Part shown: positions 34,668-47,015 of the stretch, piece by piece
Numbering within the stretch: the stretch's first letter is position 1
Layout of the letters: every line of letters begins with the position of its first letter
Position numbers and translations under genes: made by a program
Assembly: GCF_963921235.1 (NCBI RefSeq)
Contig: NC_086108.1
Location: 99,326,001 to 99,390,000 of the forward strand
Direction: 5' to 3'
DNA: 64,000 nt
DNA from: Mobula hypostoma
Taxonomy: Eukaryota
Notes under the pieces: generated by a model
The model's input: only the letters and a program-made list of their open reading frames with translations
Told to the model about the DNA's origin: nothing
Databases searched by the model: none

Positions 34668-34761
<94 letters not shown>
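34668..34761. repeat. Pure (CT)n microsatellite, about 47 units
   Basis: Uninterrupted TC repeat inside a Rex1-like 3' UTR. Confidence 0.98.
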
Positions 34762-34763
<2 letters not shown>

Positions 34764-35435
34764 TGCACTAGTGTCAGTTTGTTTATTTTGCTGTGTACAT
34801 CACATATAATTTATGTTAGTTGAAGTTTGTCATGCATTGTGCTGTTGCTGCAAAAAGATAACTTTCATGGCATTTATACCCAGGGTATGTATGCTTGTGA
34901 CAAAAAACTTCAACTTGTACTCTGAAGAGCATTAATAAACCAGATGGGGTTTTAATGACAGCCCAGAGGTTTCAGGGTTATTCTTACTGAGTCTTGTTTT
35001 GTTTAGCTGAAATTCCAGATTTATTGAATCACTTAAAGTTAAACACTCCAGCTGAGGAGTGAGATTTGAACCCATGACTCTGGAACAATGGCCGAGAGCT
35101 CTACAACAACTTAATTACTTAGTAACCTCGGCCCACAGCTGTCTGAATCAAAGGTTAGAAAGGTGGTGAAGAGGGCTTTTGGCATGCTGGCCTTCATCAT
35201 TCAGGACATTGAGTATGTCAGTTACGTCGCAATTGTACAAAACATTGCTGAGGCCTCATTTGGAATATATTGTGTTTGGCTTTGGTCACCCTGCTATAGG
35301 AAAGATGCCTTTAAATTGGAAAGGGCACCAAAAAGATTTAAGAGAATCAGAATCAGGTTTATCATCACTGACATATGTTGCAAAATTTATTGTTTTGCAG
35401 CAGCGGTACACACACACAATGTAGATTCCAATTAA

Positions 35436-37355
35436 ATTGAAGGCAGAGGATTGAGAAGCTTTTAAAAACCAGCAGGAGGCCACTAAAATAGCCATAAAGG
35501 GAAAGAAGATGAAATATGAAGGTAAGCTAACCAATAATACAAATGAGGATACAGGATGTTTTTCAGATATGCAGTTTAAAGAGTAAAAGAAAGATGAGAA
35601 TGGATATCAGACCAGTGGAAAATGATGCTGGAAAGGTAGTAATAGATGACAAAGAAATGGCAGCCAAACTTAATAGGTATTTTGCATTGGTCTTTACTTG
35701 GAAGATACTATCAGAATTCCAGAAATCAGAAATGTGAGGGCATCCAGGGGCAGAAGTGAGTGTCATTGCCATTACGAAGAAGAAGATGCTTGGGAAGCTG
35801 AAAAGTTTGAAGGTAGATATGTCACCTGGACCAGGTGATCTACACCCCAGGGTTCTGAAAGAGGTAGCTGAGGAGATTGTGGAAGCATTAGTAATGATCT
35901 TTCAGGAATCACTAGATTCTGGAATGGTTTCTGACACCTGAAAAAGTCCAAATGTCACTCCACTCTTTAAGAAAGGAGGGAGACAGAAGAAAGGAAATTG
36001 TAGGCCAATTAGCCTGACCACAGTCATTGGAAAGGTGATGGAGACAATTATTAAGGATAAGGTTTTGGAGTACTTGACAGCACATGATATAATAGGCCAA
36101 AGTTGGCATGGTTTCCTTAAGGGAAGAACTTGCCTGATAAATTTGTTGGCATTCTTTGAGGAAATAACAGGCAGGATTGACAAAGGAGAGTTGGTGGATG
36201 TTATTTATTTGGATTTTCAGAAGGTCTTTGACAAGTAGCTGAACACGAGGCTGCTTAACAAGATAAGAGCCCATGGTATTATGGGAAAGTTAGGAACATG
36301 GATAGAAGATTGGCTAGCTGGCAGGAGGGAAAGAGTGAAAATAAAGTGAGCCTTTTCTGCTTGGTTGCCGATTACTGGTGGTGTACCGCAGGGGTAGGTG
36401 TTGGCTTCTCTTCACATTATATGTCAATGATTTGGATGAAGGAATTGATGGCTTTGACATCAGTAATATAGACCATATAATGGGAGGTGGAGGGGCTGGT
36501 AGCATTGAGAAAGCAGGGTATCTACAGAAGGACTTAGATTGGGGGAACGGGCAAAAAGGTGGCAGATGGAATATAGTGTAGGGAAATGCACGGTCATGCA
36601 CTTTGGTAGAAGGATAAAGACATAGACTATTTTCTAAATGGGGAGCAAATTAAAAAATCAGAGGTGCAAAGGGACTTTGAGTACAAGTGCAGGATTCCCT
36701 AATGGTTAACTTGTGGGTAAAGTCAGTGGTCAGGAAGGCAAATGCAATGTTAATATTCATTTCAAGAGTTCTAGAATATAAAAGCAAGGATGTAATGCTA
36801 AGGTTTTATACGGCATTGGTCACACCACACTTCGAGTATTGTGACTGGTTTTGGTCCACTTTTCTAAAACAAGATGTGCTGGCAATGGAGGTTCATGAGA
36901 ATTAAAGTGTTAACATATGAGGAGCTTTAGATGGTTCTGGGCCTGGAGTTTAGAAGAAAGAGCCAGGTGGGGCGGGAGGGAAGGAGTAATTGAAAGATAT
37001 TGAATATTAAAAGACCTAGATAGAGTGGATGTGGCAAGGATGTTTGTATAGTAGATGAGTCTAGAACCAAAGGGCACAACCTCAGAATTGAGGGACATCC
37101 ATTTAGAATAAAGATGAGAAAAAGTTTCTTTAGACAGAGGATAGTGAATCTGTGGAATTCGTTGCCACAGACAACTGTGTAGGCCATGTCACTGGGTATA
37201 TTTAAGGTGGAGGTTGATAGGTTCATAATTAATCAGGGCTTCAAAGGTTATGGGGAGAATGCAGGAGAATGGGGTTGAGAAGGATAATAAATCAGCCGGG
37301 ACAGAATAGTTTGATGGGTCAAGTGGCCTAATTCTGCTCCTAAGTCTTATGGTCT
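35436..37355 (+). mobile_element. CR1 ORF2 (RT) and 3' UTR, decayed
   Basis: SPGPGDLHPRVLKE, QSWHGFLKGRTCLINLLAFFE, VDVIYLDFQKVFDK, LFTLYVNDLDEG; CR1 tail. Confidence 0.95.
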
Positions 37356-37379
37356 TGGGGTTTTATTGTCTTAAATAAC

Positions 37380-39375
37380 ATTGGGACCAGTACATTTTGG
37401 CCCAAGTAAGTGGCTGACCCAGTTAGCCGAAGTTTCATAGAATTAGTTAAAAAGGTATAAAAATGGTACAAACTGCCACTTAACCGAGTATCAAATTATG
37501 TATGTCAATGAAATACAGAACAAATTTGACCACTCTCGATACTACTACAGTACTATAAAAGTGCGTATTAGTTCCGAATATTTATCAAAGGAGGAATTCA
37601 ACTAGTGCATGCTGCTGTGTTCTTTTGATTGTAAGTGAACAAAGTCAGCACAGATACCTATTGCAGATAATGTACTGTCTTCAAGCAATGTTCTAATGAT
37701 TGCATTCCCCAAATCTTCATTTTATTGTAACATTAAAGATGATTGTCAATAACTTCAAATTCTTCATTGTCCCTAACTTCCTGAAGAAGTAAGATCATTT
37801 CACTTTCACTTCCGACTGTTTCTAGCACAGCACCTCCAAGCCTGAATGCTTGAAACTGCAGTGAGCAAAACAGTTCTGAACTGTCTTTCTGTTTATTACT
37901 CACCAATTATCAGTGGCAAAGTTCTCTATTTTTTTGAAAACAAACAAATGCAATTGATGCTACTTAAAAACTCTTTGCTCTCAGGATGGTCTAACGGCCA
38001 TACAACTGACACTAGTTAGAAACTGTTTGGAAATAGTCTCCTGACCCAATTAAGTGGCACAGTGTCCCAAATAAACAAAGTGAATCCTGGCTCTTTTCTC
38101 AACTTTTTTTTTGTTCCCTAAGAGTTGTCTGAAATAAGCAGCTGGCTCGATTAACTCGGCGGTCCCCAACCACCGAGCCGCAAAATGTGCTACTGGGCCG
38201 CGAGGAAACAATATGATTTGGCGATATGAGTCAGCTGCACCTTTCCTCATTCCCTGTCACGCACTGTTGAACTTGAACGCACGCGAGGTCATTACCCATG
38301 CGTCATCAATGTCAGTGCGGGAAGGAGATCAACTCCTTGAGCTTGCAAATGATGGTGGGCTGAAAAGTATGTTTGATGTAACATCCCTGCCGGCATTCTG
38401 GATCAAGGTCAAGGCTAAATATCCTGAGATAGCCACGAAAGCACTGAAAATGTTGCTTCCATTTCCAACATATCTCTGCAATGAATGCAACGAAAACAAA
38501 ATTGCGGAATAGACGGGACATAAGGAACCCCCTTCGAGTATCACTGTCTCCCGTCACCCCTCGATGGGACCGTCTTGTTGCAGGAAAACAAGCCCAGGGC
38601 TCCCACTGATTCAGCGATATTGGTGTGTTGCAATGATTTCATATGTTCATACGGGGAAAATATACGTTGTGTGTTTGATATCCAAATGTTACTTAAAATG
38701 TTATGATGCTATTGACTTATATAATCATATAACAATTACAGCACAGAAATAGGCCATCTCCGCCCTTCTAGACCGTGCTGAACGCTACTCTCACCTAGTC
38801 CCACCGACCTGCACTCAGCCCACAACCCTCCATTCCTTTCTTGTCCATATACCCATCCAATTTTTCTTTAAATGATAATATTGAACCTGCCTCTACCACT
38901 TCTACTGGAAGTTCGTTCAACACTTACTTCAAGCTCCCCTGTCCTCCCTGATAATTGATTTATCACTATATTCATGTGAGGAAAATACGCGCTGTGTGTT
39001 TAATATTAAATTCACTAGATAAACCGTTTTAGAAATGAAATTGAGTGTATTAGGCACTTGTCACCTATATTCCAGTTGTGATTAACACCGCCCCCCTGAA
39101 CAGAATTGCCAAAAACGATTTGTAGAAAAAAAATTGGCACGTACACGCATGTGCAAGTCACACATGCGCATTGGTTCCCGCACAAGGCTTCATGGTCATT
39201 GTAGTCTTTCTGGGGTAAACAATGTATTTGTTTGCTACTCTTGTCCATTGGCAACCCTAACCCCCCCCGGTCGGACGGTCCGTAAGAATATTGTCAATAA
39301 TAAACCGGTCCGCGTTGCAAAAAAGATTGGGGACCTCTGGATTAACTGATGGCCAAATTAACTGGAATCCACTGT
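37380..39375. mobile_element. Tigger/pogo-like non-autonomous element hosting a hAT insertion
   Basis: Right terminus AATTAACTGGAATCCACTG (about 39356-39374). A possible left terminus, TGTAGATTCCAATTAA near 35420, is displaced by the CR1. Subterminal TTGGGAC/GTCCCAA repeats. Confidence 0.55.
38157..39339 (+). mobile_element. hAT-Charlie deletion derivative with C-terminal dimerisation-domain remnant; 8-bp TSD
   Basis: TIRs CGGCGGTCCCCAA / TTGGGGACCTCTG; TSD GATTAACT (38149-38156 and 39340-39347); QLLELANDGGLKSMF...FWIKVK..YPEIA.KALK.LLPFPT.YLC. Carries an antisense CR1 tail at about 38735-38915. Confidence 0.92.
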
Positions 39376-39614
39376 CTATGCAGTGCAGTGCAAAAAGAGA
39401 GAACAACTTTGAGAAGTAGTGGTCACAGGTTCACTGCCGTTCACAAATTTGATGGCTGAGAGGAAGAAGCTGTCCTAAACTGTTGATTATATCATGAGGC
39501 TCCTGTACCTCCTCTCTGTTGGTAGCAATGAGAAGAAGGCATGTTCTGGGTAGTGGGGACCTTAACGTTGAATGTCACATTCTTCAGGCATCACCTTTTG
39601 AAAATGTCCTTGAT

Positions 39615-40163
39615 CAGGGGTCCCCAACCATTTTTGCACCGTGAACCGGTTTAATATTGACAATATTCTTGTGGACAAGGCGATGGAGTGGGGGGGTGGT
39701 GTTCAAATAGGGTTGCCAAATTTCTCTCTCACTCCCAAATAAGGAACAAAAGTAGCGGTCAAATATGGGACACTTCTGTTTACCCTGAGAAAGACTACCA
39801 TGACCATGAAGCCTTGCACGGGCACCTGTGTGCACATGCGTGACGTGCCAATTTTTTTCCTACAGATCGGTTTTGGCTTTGTCTTCCCAACTCTGTTAAG
39901 TGAAACTACATTGTGCATACATTATTTCTACTTTATATAGGCTGTGTATTTATCACATCATTCCTGCTTTTACTATATGTTAGTGTTATTTTAGGTTTTA
40001 TGTGTTATTTGGTATGATTTGATAGGTTATTTCAAGTTCAACAGTGCGTGACAAGGAATGAGGAAAGGTGCAGCTGACTCATATCGTTTCAAATTGCCAA
40101 ATCATATCGTTTCCTCGCGGCCCGGTAACACATGCTTTGCGGCCCGGTGGTTGGGGACCACTG
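39615..40163 (-). mobile_element. hAT-Charlie MITE, same family, inverted; 8-bp TSD
   Basis: TIRs CAGGGGTCCCCAACC / GGTTGGGGACCACTG; TSD TCCTTGAT (39607-39614 and 40164-40171). Inserted in an antisense Rex1-like fragment (about 39380-40380). Confidence 0.92.
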
Positions 40164-40479
40164 TCCTTGATGGCGGGGAGGCTAGTGCCTATGATATAGC
40201 TGGCTGAGTTTACAACCCAAAGTAGCTTTTTCCGATCCTATGCAATTGCCACGCCATACCAGTCAGAGTGCTCTACACAGTAAATATGCTAGAGTCTTTG
40301 GTGACATACCAAATCTCCTTAAACTCCTCATGAAACTTAGCAACTGACATGACCTCTTTGTAATTGCATTTTGAGCTTGAACAGGTAAGAACATTACTAT
40401 TGGGTGGGGGCGGGTGGAAGGACAATGAGGGGCATTCTTATGGAGGTATGTGACATCACGAAGGGCATGCCTAGGGTGA

Positions 40480-40748
40480 ATGTCCACCCTCTTTTTCTCA
40501 GGGTTGGGGAAGGGCATAGGTTTAATGTGAGAGGAGAGAGATTTAACTGAAACCTGAGGGGCAACGTTTTCACCCAGAGAGTGGTCAGTATATGGAATGG
40601 TGGAGGCAGGTATATTAACAGCATCTTAAAGGCACATTACCAGGTACATGGACAAGAAATGGGCCAAATGTGAGCAAATGAAACTAGCTTAGAGAGTGTC
40701 TGGGTTAACATGGACGATCTGCTTCCGCACTCTGTGACTCTATGCTGA
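40480..40748 (+). mobile_element. CR1 3' end
   Basis: GGGCATAGGTTTAA..TTTTCACCCAGAGAGTGGT..TGACTCTATG. Confidence 0.75.
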
Positions 40749-41275
40749 CTTACCAAAGATATCAATCCTGCTTCTTTTCTTAAATAAAATGATAAATAGA
40801 ACTTTAAAAAGTATTTAAAAGACATGCTCCGTGTTGAGGCTGACAACTGGAGAATGGATATGTTTTTGGGAGCAGAAATTTTCGGCTCATTGATGGATTT
40901 CTTGGCAATCAGCTGAGAAGCACATTTGAGATAATCAAATTACTTAGGGCTCCTTGACTGTGATTTCAGATACAGAGTCAAATTTATGGCATTAGCACAT
41001 TAAATAATAGAACCAGCTTTAGGAGTGTGATGTGATGTTGGGACATTTACGATGTGTCTCTCTCATCTTATCCTGGCTAAAGACTGTTATGAGCACTTCC
41101 CATCCCGTTTTAAAATCAGGAATTAAAAAAAAAAGCAATAACGTTGAGAAATGTAAAATAATCCATTTAGCCATGAAAAACCTCTGACTGGAATCTGAAA
41201 TGAAAAAAAAAGCACGCTAGAAAAACTCAGTGAGTCAAGCAGCGTCTGTGGAGGCTAAAGGAGAGTCAATGTTTC

Positions 41276-41415
41276 AGAGAGAAAGAGAGAGAGAGAGAAA
41301 GAGGAAGAGGGAGCAGTAAGAGAGAGGAAGGAGAGAAATAGGGGAAGAGAGAAGGAGAGAGGGACAGAGGGAGAGGGTGAGGGGGAGAGAGAAAGAGGGC
41401 AAGGGAGGGAAGAGA
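41276..41415. repeat. GA-rich low-complexity tract (a second one at about 41712-41772)
   Basis: Polypurine run following a decayed Penelope-derived arm (about 41185-41275). Confidence 0.85.
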
Positions 41416-42197
41416 GCAATGGGACTAATAATAAGCTTATTTTTGAGGTGGTGAGGAGAGTACAGAGAGTTGTGAAATGGAAGGGGTACCGTGTGTCCTT
41501 GTACCATGTTTACAAGGGGCCAGTATGAAGGTACAGCAGATTATTATGGTCATTGGCAAAAGAATGGGTGCAAAATATCATAGGGCAAATTCCATCCTAT
41601 ATCATCTGGTAAAACTCCTCCTTAGCTGTTTCAACACTGAGCTCACAGCTGCCCCTTTATTTCCATTCTGACTACCAAGTGGTGGAGGTTTCCTGGAAGG
41701 GATTCAAAAAAAAGGAGAGGGAGAGAGAGGGTGAAGAGGAAGAGGGAGAGAGAGACTGAGAGAGAGAAAGAGACGTGTGCACATGCATTCGAAGTATAAA
41801 TGCCATGAAAATTAGTTTCTTTGTAGCAGCAGGACACTACATAACAAACATAAATCACAGAAATGTAATTAACATAAATTGTACAAGGTACTCAGTAAAA
41901 CTCCATTAATCTGGCATGGTCCACCTGATGGTGCTCGATTAGCAGAGTTTCTGATTGGATGCTATTCTATTAATACTGTAACGCACTTACAAGTCTTTTT
42001 TTAAAGATGTCACACACAGAATAATAAAATTCCCAGTAAAGTCGGTACTATTAAAGAGAGTGTGGGAAACCGAGTGGACAGCCAGCACCTTTTTCACAGG
42101 GCAACAGTGGCCAATACCAGAGGACGTCCGATAAAGGTGAGTCGAGGAAAACCTAGGGAAAATATCAGAGGCAGGTGCTTTACACAGGTAGTGGTAG

Positions 42198-42663
42198 GTG
42201 ACGGGGTGGAGATACATCTTTACCAAAGGAGGAGTAAGCACTTCTTCCTTCCACTAACCTGCAGGTCACCCTTTGGGCAAGGTGTAGCACCTGCTTAGCA
42301 CCCCCCCCTCCCGATCAGGGTCACGTGAAGCCATGGCAGCAGGTGGTGGATAGTCTTTCTCTTTTTCTCCTTCTTGTTTTATGGCGGTTGGCACCCAGCT
42401 TAATGGTGCATTACCACCACGTGGTGGATGGTCGTATGGGCAGCTGGAGCACATCACAAGTCCTGGTTATGCGACTGTTGACGCCAGGCAGACAACCTCT
42501 GAAGCGTATTGATAATGGTTGGGTTCACCTGTCTTGTAAGGATACTGCCAAGAAGAAGGCAATGGCAAACCACTTCTGTAGAAAAATTTGCCAGGAACAA
42601 GCAAGGCCATGAGACCATGTTTGCCCACGTCGTACAGCATGGCACATGGTGATGATGATGGTG
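42198..42663 (+). mobile_element. RTE/BovB-related non-autonomous retroposon, inserted in a CR1 3' end (about 42050-42915)
   Basis: GAAGAAGGCAATGGCAAACCACTTCTGT 3' motif and (GAT)n tail; AGTGGTAGG flanking repeat; second copy at 57276-57630. Confidence 0.75.
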
Positions 42664-43364
42664 AGTGGTAGGGGTTTGGAAAGCATTGTGGGTGAGGGGT
42701 GGTGAGTGGTGGAAGACACTGATACAATAGTGACATTTAAGGAACATTCCGATAGCCACATAGATGTAAGAAAATTGAGGTTTATGGGCTGTGTAGGAGG
42801 GAAGGATTAGAATGATCATGGAATAGGTTTATGAAGGCTAGCATAACATCATGGACCAAGGGACAACACTGTGCTATAGCACATTTGTTCTGTGTTCCAC
42901 ATTCCATGTTCTATAAGAGCCTGTGAAATTTTAAAGGAGCATTGGAAGCGAAAGCAACTAAGTTTCAAGGGAGCACTGAAACGGAATGAGGTTCTGAAGC
43001 ATCAAGAAACCAACATTTCAGCACATTTACATTTCAAGCTTATTAACAAGGTGTGAACACATTAATCAGTGCAGTTGCTTTTAGCTGAAGTAAACAGACC
43101 CCTCGACATTACAACAGGCAGTTACGAAAGGTGTCAGGACAAGTTGCTAATGGGTATCGTTTTCTAGATGAAACAAATAACTATCCATTTCAAATAGGAT
43201 TTTTAAACTGCTCTGTCGGTGTTCCATTCCTCACACCTCCCACACCACCCCCACCCACCTGCCCAACACTACCAGGTGACTTGTGAAATGACACAGTAAC
43301 ACAAAGAGTAAGCAGGAAACATGGGTTCAGTGCTCAGCTTGGGTGCTGTCTCTGTGGAGGTTGC

Positions 43365-44032
43365 ACATAAGACCATATGACATGGGAGAAGATTGAGGCT
43401 ATTCGGCCCATCGAGTCTGCTCCACCATTTCGTCATGGCTGATCAATTTACCTCTCAACCCCATTCTCCTGCCTTCTCTCCATAACCTTTCATGTCCCGA
43501 CTTATCAAAGATCTATCAACCTCTGCCTTAAATATACCCAATGGTTTGGCCTCCACAGCCACCTGTGGCAATGAATTTTACAGACTTACCACCCTCTGGC
43601 TAAAGGAAATCCTTCTCATCTGGCTAAGTTCCTCCCAATCTCCATTCTAAATGAACGTCCCTCTATTCTGAGGTTGTGCCTTCTGGTCCTGGACTCCCCC
43701 ACTATTGGAAACATCATTTCCACATCCACTCTATCTAGGCCTTTCAACATTCAATAGGTTCAATGAGATCCCTCCTCACTCTTCTAAATTCCAGCGAGTA
43801 CAGGTCCAGAGCCATCAAATGCTCATCATATGACAAGCCTTTCATTCCGGGAATCATTTTTATAAACCTCCTTTGAACCCTCTTCAAGGTCAGCACATCC
43901 TTTCTTAGCTAAGGGGCTCAGAAACTGCTCACAGTACTTTGAGTGAGACCTTACAAATGCCTTATAAAGCCTCAAAATTACATCCTTGCTTTTATATTCT
44001 AGTCCTCTCGAAATGAATGCTCACATTGCATT
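43365..44032 (-). mobile_element. CR1 3' fragment inserted in a V-type SINE
   Basis: Antisense tail CATAAGACCATATGAC. The SINE V-domain is split between about 43320-43365 and 44033-44120. Confidence 0.88.
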
Positions 44033-44926
44033 CCCCCTGTGTCCACGTGGATTTTCTTCAGGTGATCCGGTTTTCTCTCATGCCCCAAAGATGCATGGGC
44101 TGGTGGATTAAATGGTCAAATTACCTTTAGTGTTCAAATTGGGGATTCAATTCCTGCTGTTGTCCGTAAGGAGTTTGTATGTTCTCCCCGTGACTGCACT
44201 GGTTTCCTCCAAGTGTTCTGGTTTCCTCCCACTTTCCAAATGCATCTGGTTAAAATCAGTGAGTTGTAGGCATGCTATATTGGTGGCGGATGTGTGCACC
44301 TTGTGGGCTGTCCCCAGCACATATTTGGACTGTGTTGGTCATTGATGCAAACAATGCATTTCACTATATATTAGTGATAAAGCGAATCTTTTAACCTTTA
44401 ATCTTCAGGTGAGTGGTAGAACTTGAATGAAGTTGATGAGAAATTGGGAGGGGGGAATAAAAATGGACTTAATGTTATAACTGAGCCAATGTCTTGGAAT
44501 TCCCTTTCTGCTACCCCTGTGGAATCACCGTTATCTCAAGGGAGCCTGTTAGATCACGGGTTACGACCAAAGGGAAAATGGCTGGAGTCGCTTAGAACTT
44601 TTTTGCAGGGGTATTTATTAGATGCGTCAGAAATCAAACTTACAAGAGTCAGCGATAGTAGCGACAAGAAAACCGCCGATAATTACAAAAAGTTATCCAC
44701 CAGAAAACAGAACAGTAGCTCATACTGTTTTTGTCCAGTGTGAAATCCTGGCAGCCTTAATCTCACTCTCGTACTGGGAGTGATGAGCCCCGTTTATCTG
44801 GCATCAGGAAATACTAACTTTAATCAGCCACAAAGCTAACTTAGGACATGAATCAGAATATGATGCAGTCCACAATGTAGTTACAATCATATTACAAAAT
44901 AAACAGAAGTATCTACCTTAAATACA

Positions 44927-45132
44927 GCTAGCCGCTGGTCTAGTGGCATCCGCACTGGACTTCAAGGCGAAGGGTGTTGGGTTCGAACCTGGCTGGCTCC
45001 TTGCACACTTTCCGCCCGTGCTGGGTTGCGTGTCGAGCAAGCAACTTGGCTTCATGAAAAAATAGAGAAACGCTAAAGAAACGTCAAGGTTGCCACCTGA
45101 TGCACCACAAATAGCGGAGAGAGGAACAAGAA
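44927..45132 (+). mobile_element. tRNA-derived SINE with 16-bp TSD
   Basis: A box TGGTCTAGTGG, B box GTTCGAACC; TSD ATCTACCTTAAATACA (44911-44926 and 45133-45148). Confidence 0.88.
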
Positions 45133-45215
45133 ATCTACCTTAAATACAACCAACATATACACATTACTCCATTACTAAAGAAATGGAACATTCCTCTCAG
45201 TATGGTGGGAAAGAT

Positions 45216-45630
45216 CGTCATTGTCGTCGTGGCTATCCCTTGAGGTCGAGGATGATGGTCTTCATTCTGTTGATCTACTTACGGGCTCTCAAGTGGCTTA
45301 GGAGTCCAATCTTGGCTTTGAAAGTTATTCCGCATTCAGGACAGGTAGTTCCAGATGGCAGATCAGGCTTTGGTTGTTGCTGTCTCTCTTTCCATTTTCT
45401 TCTCTTTTCTTCTAATTCTGCACATCTGTTGGCTTCGAGAGTTGCTGTTCCTTCTCGGATGATGGCTTGTCAGAGTTTCCTGTCCTTGGCATTGGTTTCC
45501 CAATTGTTGATATCGATGTTACATTTCTTCATGTTGGCTTTTAAGATGTCTTTGAATCTCTTCTGTTGTCCGCCTCTTTTACGTTTGCCTTCTTTAAGCT
45601 GGGAGTAGAAGATTTGTTTCAGCAGACTGT
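45216..45630 (-). mobile_element. RTE-clade LINE 3' fragment
   Basis: On minus: LKQIFYSQLKEGKRKRGGQQKRFKDILK..NWETNAKDR..W...CPECG..F...IGL.SH (C-terminal C2H2-like), with a (GAC)n tail. Confidence 0.88.
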
Positions 45631-46326
45631 GGCAAGCATGCCATCATGGAGGAGACTCAGGATTTGAATGTACTTTTCAGGGCATCCAGAATACCACAAA
45701 GCAAACCCGAGAACAGCGCAACAACTCGGTTTAAAACCCATTATAAAAATACACTGGGGAAGACATTGAAGTGTGGACACTCAGCATAATGCTGGCGGAA
45801 CGTCAAGGGGTGTGTGTGTGTAAATTCACCAGTATAAGGAGTGTGTTTTCCAAGTGCTCTCTGTCACTGGACCCTTATTGAAACACTTGGTCTGAAAGTC
45901 TCATTTAATGTCCACTAAAGATAGACAAAAAGCATAGCTGTGCAAGGGTCACCGTATCTCGAGGACAAATAGAACGATCTACTATGTAAACATCCCAGTC
46001 CATCTTGCAGAGTAATGACGATGCCACCACAATATGCTCCCTATTTTCAGTTCCTCTGAAAGTAACGTTCTACAGCAGCTGAACTGAAATGAAACATTTT
46101 ACTCCACGCATAATTGCTGGACAAGTCAATGAGAACTTCTGTCAAGCTTGAGTTAAGTGTCTGTCTGTTAAAAGAATACATGTGGCAAATTGCAAACCTG
46201 CAGAGCTGGCACAGAGAAGGTGCAAAGCAGACGCACGGTGATGCACTTTGTCTGGCCACTCTTCTATGGGTACTCAAATTCAGTTTTACAGTTTAGAGTT
46301 TAGCTTTCAAAATGCCATAGAGTCAT

Positions 46327-47015
46327 TTGGTAGTGAGGAAGAGCAGAGGGATCTCGGGGTACATGTCCACAGATCCCCGAAAGTTGCCTCACAGGTGGAT
46401 AGGGTAGTTAAGAAAGCTTATGGGGTGTTAGCTTTCATAAGTCGAGGGATAGAGTTTAAGAGTCGCGATGTAATGATGCAGCTCTATAAAACTCTGGTTA
46501 GGCCACACTTGGAGTACTGTGTCCAGTTCTGGTCACCTCACTATAGGAAGGATGTGGAAGCATTGGAAAGGGTACAGAGGAGATTTACCAGGATGCTGCC
46601 TGGTTTAGAAAGTATGCATTATGATCAGAGATTAAGGGAGCTAGGGCTTTACTCTTTGGAGAGAAGGAGGATGAGAGGACACATGATAGAGGTGTACAAG
46701 ATAATAAGAGGAATAGATAGAGTGGATAGCCAGGGCACCACTGCTCAATACAAGAGGACATGGCTTTAAGGTAAGGGGTGGGAAGTTCAAGGGGGATATT
46801 AGAGGAAGGTTTTTTACTCAGAGAGTGGTTGGTGTGTGGAATGCACTGCCTGAGTCAGTGGTGGAGGCAGATACACTAGTGAGGTTTAAGAGACCACTAG
46901 ACAGATATATGGAGGAATTTAAGGTGGGGGGTTATATGGGAGGCAGGGTTTGAGGGTCGGCACAACATTGTGGGCCGAACAGCCTGTACTGTGCTGTACT
47001 ATTCTATGTTCTATG
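46327..47015 (+). mobile_element. CR1 3' fragment (well preserved)
   Basis: ORF 46248-46769 QRDLGVHV..LYKTLVRPHLEYCVQFWSPHYRKDVEALERVQRRFTRM; TTCTATG tail. Inserted in the tail of an antisense CR1 (47016-47460). Confidence 0.95.

Noticed and set aside
42198..42310. Canonical HDV-like ribozyme at the 5' end of the RTE-related retroposon
   Set aside because: Stems are present, but I could not place L3/P1.1 or the catalytic J4/2 cytosine motif.
44423..44743. 106-aa ORF in CpG-containing unique sequence
   Set aside because: It starts within SINE-derived sequence at a non-ATG codon and has no recognisable domain or splice support.
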